From Barthelona sp. PAP020 (Eukaryota), in assembly GCA_040182905.1 (NCBI GenBank), contig JARQWU010000065.1:1-41735 (forward strand): a stretch of DNA of 41,735 nucleotides, in the 5' to 3' direction. The notes below the pieces were generated by a model, which had not been told where the DNA came from, did no database searches, and saw nothing but the letters and a program-made list of their open reading frames with translations. Numbering within the stretch: position 1 is the stretch's first letter; each line of letters starts with the position of its first letter. The translations under genes and the position numbers were made by a program. Positions 40,181-41,735 of this stretch are shown piece after piece.

Positions 40181-41416
40181 CTATTTAACAATAGAAGAAA
40201 CTCTTCTTCTTTTTTTATTCAAAACTTTTTGCATATCGATTCTATTTTGATTTATTAAAGGGTTTTCTAATATTCTTGGAGTCTTTAATAGATCTTCCAT
40301 ATCATTCTGACAATCAACTGCAATTATATCCTCTTCCTTTTTCATTTCATCCAAATTATTGTTTAAAATATTCGAATTTATTGAATGATAATTGAGAAAC
40401 ATTTCATAAGTTAGTTTTTGAGCATTTATTCTTATTTTATCAGGGATGATTGATTTCTTCTGATAACCATCCCAAGGGACATTAATTAGATTTGCCGCCA
40501 AACACATTTTATTCTTAATATCTTCACTATATTCCACACCTGATTTTTTCAATTTATTAACTGTTGGTTTTAGAATGTTGATTTCAGCAACAACTGCATA
40601 TCTGCTAAGCATATGCAATAAATGACCAATAAAACTCTGATTCATATTCCAATATGCATCTACAAACATATCATTATATTTGATAGTCATTGGTACAATC
40701 TCTACATTAGGTAATTCAAAAAATCCCTTTTTAAATTGACAACAATAACTATTATTTACACAAGAACCTTCAGGAAAAAATAAAAAAGGCTGATTATACG
40801 GATTCTTAATAAAGTCTGTCACTCTATCCTTGGTTTCTTGTCGAGATTTCTTATTCGTTCGATCAAACCATAAATTATTTGGTAAAACAAAACGTTGAAT
40901 CAATCCAAAAGCACCAGTAGACACTTGACCAATAATCGAAAAACTTAAAGGCTTCGGTAACGTTGCGTTCAATAAAATAAAATCTAAGACAGTCGTATGA
41001 TTGCAAACAAATATCTTATTATGCCAATGTGAAGGAATTTCTCCTTCTTTAGTGATAACAATAAACATTATAAAACTAATACATCTACAAAAAAAGTATA
41101 CTATGTAAGAATTTAATCGTTGTCTATATATTCCTGGTGGTAATAAAGATACAAGCAAGTTTAATACTAAAGTGAACAAAAATGTAAAAAATAGTAAAAC
41201 TAATCGACAAGGTAAAAGTATTACATATCTAACCAATTTATCAAGTATAACAAAGGGTACCAAATACCATGTAATCATATAATTTCGTTTTGGATTTGGT
41301 TTATATGCTTTCCAGTAATTGTCTTCAATAATTTTTTCTATAGCTTGCGTAGCAATTTGAATACCAAATGAAAAATCAAATACTTCAATATTTCTAATAT
41401 TTTCGAGTTCGTTCAT
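40181..41416 (-). CDS. Glycerol-3-phosphate acyltransferase (GPAT3/4, GPAT9-like)
   Basis: NHTTVLD (HxxxxD), WFDR, FPEGSCVNN, FKKG.F, IKY..FVDAYWN, VPWDG motifs. Confidence 0.92.
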   Translation of the reverse strand: MNELENIRNIEVFDFSFGIQIATQAIEKIIEDNYWKAYKPNPKRNYMITWYLVPFVILDKLVRYVILLPCRLVLLFFTFLFTLVLNLLVSLLPPGIYRQRLNSYIVYFFCRCISFIMFIVITKEGEIPSHWHNKIFVCNHTTVLDFILLNATLPKPLSFSIIGQVSTGAFGLIQRFVLPNNLWFDRTNKKSRQETKDRVTDFIKNPYNQPFLFFPEGSCVNNSYCCQFKKGFFELPNVEIVPMTIKYNDMFVDAYWNMNQSFIGHLLHMLSRYAVVAEINILKPTVNKLKKSGVEYSEDIKNKMCLAANLINVPWDGYQKKSIIPDKIRINAQKLTYEMFLNYHSINSNILNNNLDEMKKEEDIIAVDCQNDMEDLLKTPRILENPLINQNRIDMQKVLNKKRRRVSSIVK

Positions 41417-41735
41417 TTCAACTGTTTTTCATTCAAAACACTCTGTAAAAAAAAATCAAAAAAACATATTTTTTTATTGATTTGATGGATTTAGATTTCA
41501 AAAAGCTCTTATAAAAGCATAATACATATTTTCAAATATTTATATGATAAAAGAAAATAAAAATATGAAGAAATACTTTTTACACAATTTTTGATAGATT
41601 TTTTTTTGCTTTTTTACACAAATATAAACACATTACAAATGCAATAAATACTTGGGAGTTGCTGAAAATTTGGCATATCCTTTCACAACTTTATTAATAG
41701 CATCCAAGAAATCCTTTTCAGTTACTACTTTTCTT

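Noticed and set aside
1..41735. Alternative genetic code or stop-codon reassignment; tRNA, rRNA or snRNA genes
   Set aside because: TAA, TAG and TGA all end conserved proteins at expected positions and split ORFs are explained by introns; no structural RNA gene was recognisable by eye

Overview
A gene-dense, AT-rich stretch of a compact eukaryotic (protist) nuclear genome using the standard genetic code: TAA, TAG and TGA all terminate recognisable genes. I read about 27 protein-coding genes on both strands with very short spacers. Recognisable products include CLEC16A/TT9, PsuG, PIG-L, fibrillarin, a bacterial-type cyclophilin-like protein, SNF8/Vps22, RPB6, a stomatin/SPFH protein, EVG1, Dsc3, a 2166-aa giant protein, proteasome beta1, eIF4E, a Hippo/MST-like kinase, ArfGAP, a divergent Tim17-like protein, a B-box protein, long-chain acyl-CoA synthetase, Derlin, a TBC Rab-GAP, TSG101/Vps23, Dbr1 and GPAT. 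Several signals are not captured by the ORF track: (i) five 39-42 nt spliceosomal introns with a CTAAY branch point 8-9 nt from the 3' end; (ii) a recurrent TGTAAA hexamer at or just after stop codons, a candidate non-canonical poly(A) signal; (iii) a diverged ~220-260 bp dispersed repeat present twice (314-571 and 29972-30190); (iv) 48-146 bp head-to-head spacers built on poly(dA)/poly(dT) tracts; (v) an ABAB 57-bp tandem array in the kinase linker. Together these suggest a flagellate, possibly a metamonad-like anaerobe. That taxonomic reading is inference only, and all protein assignments are by-eye motif recognition, not database searches.
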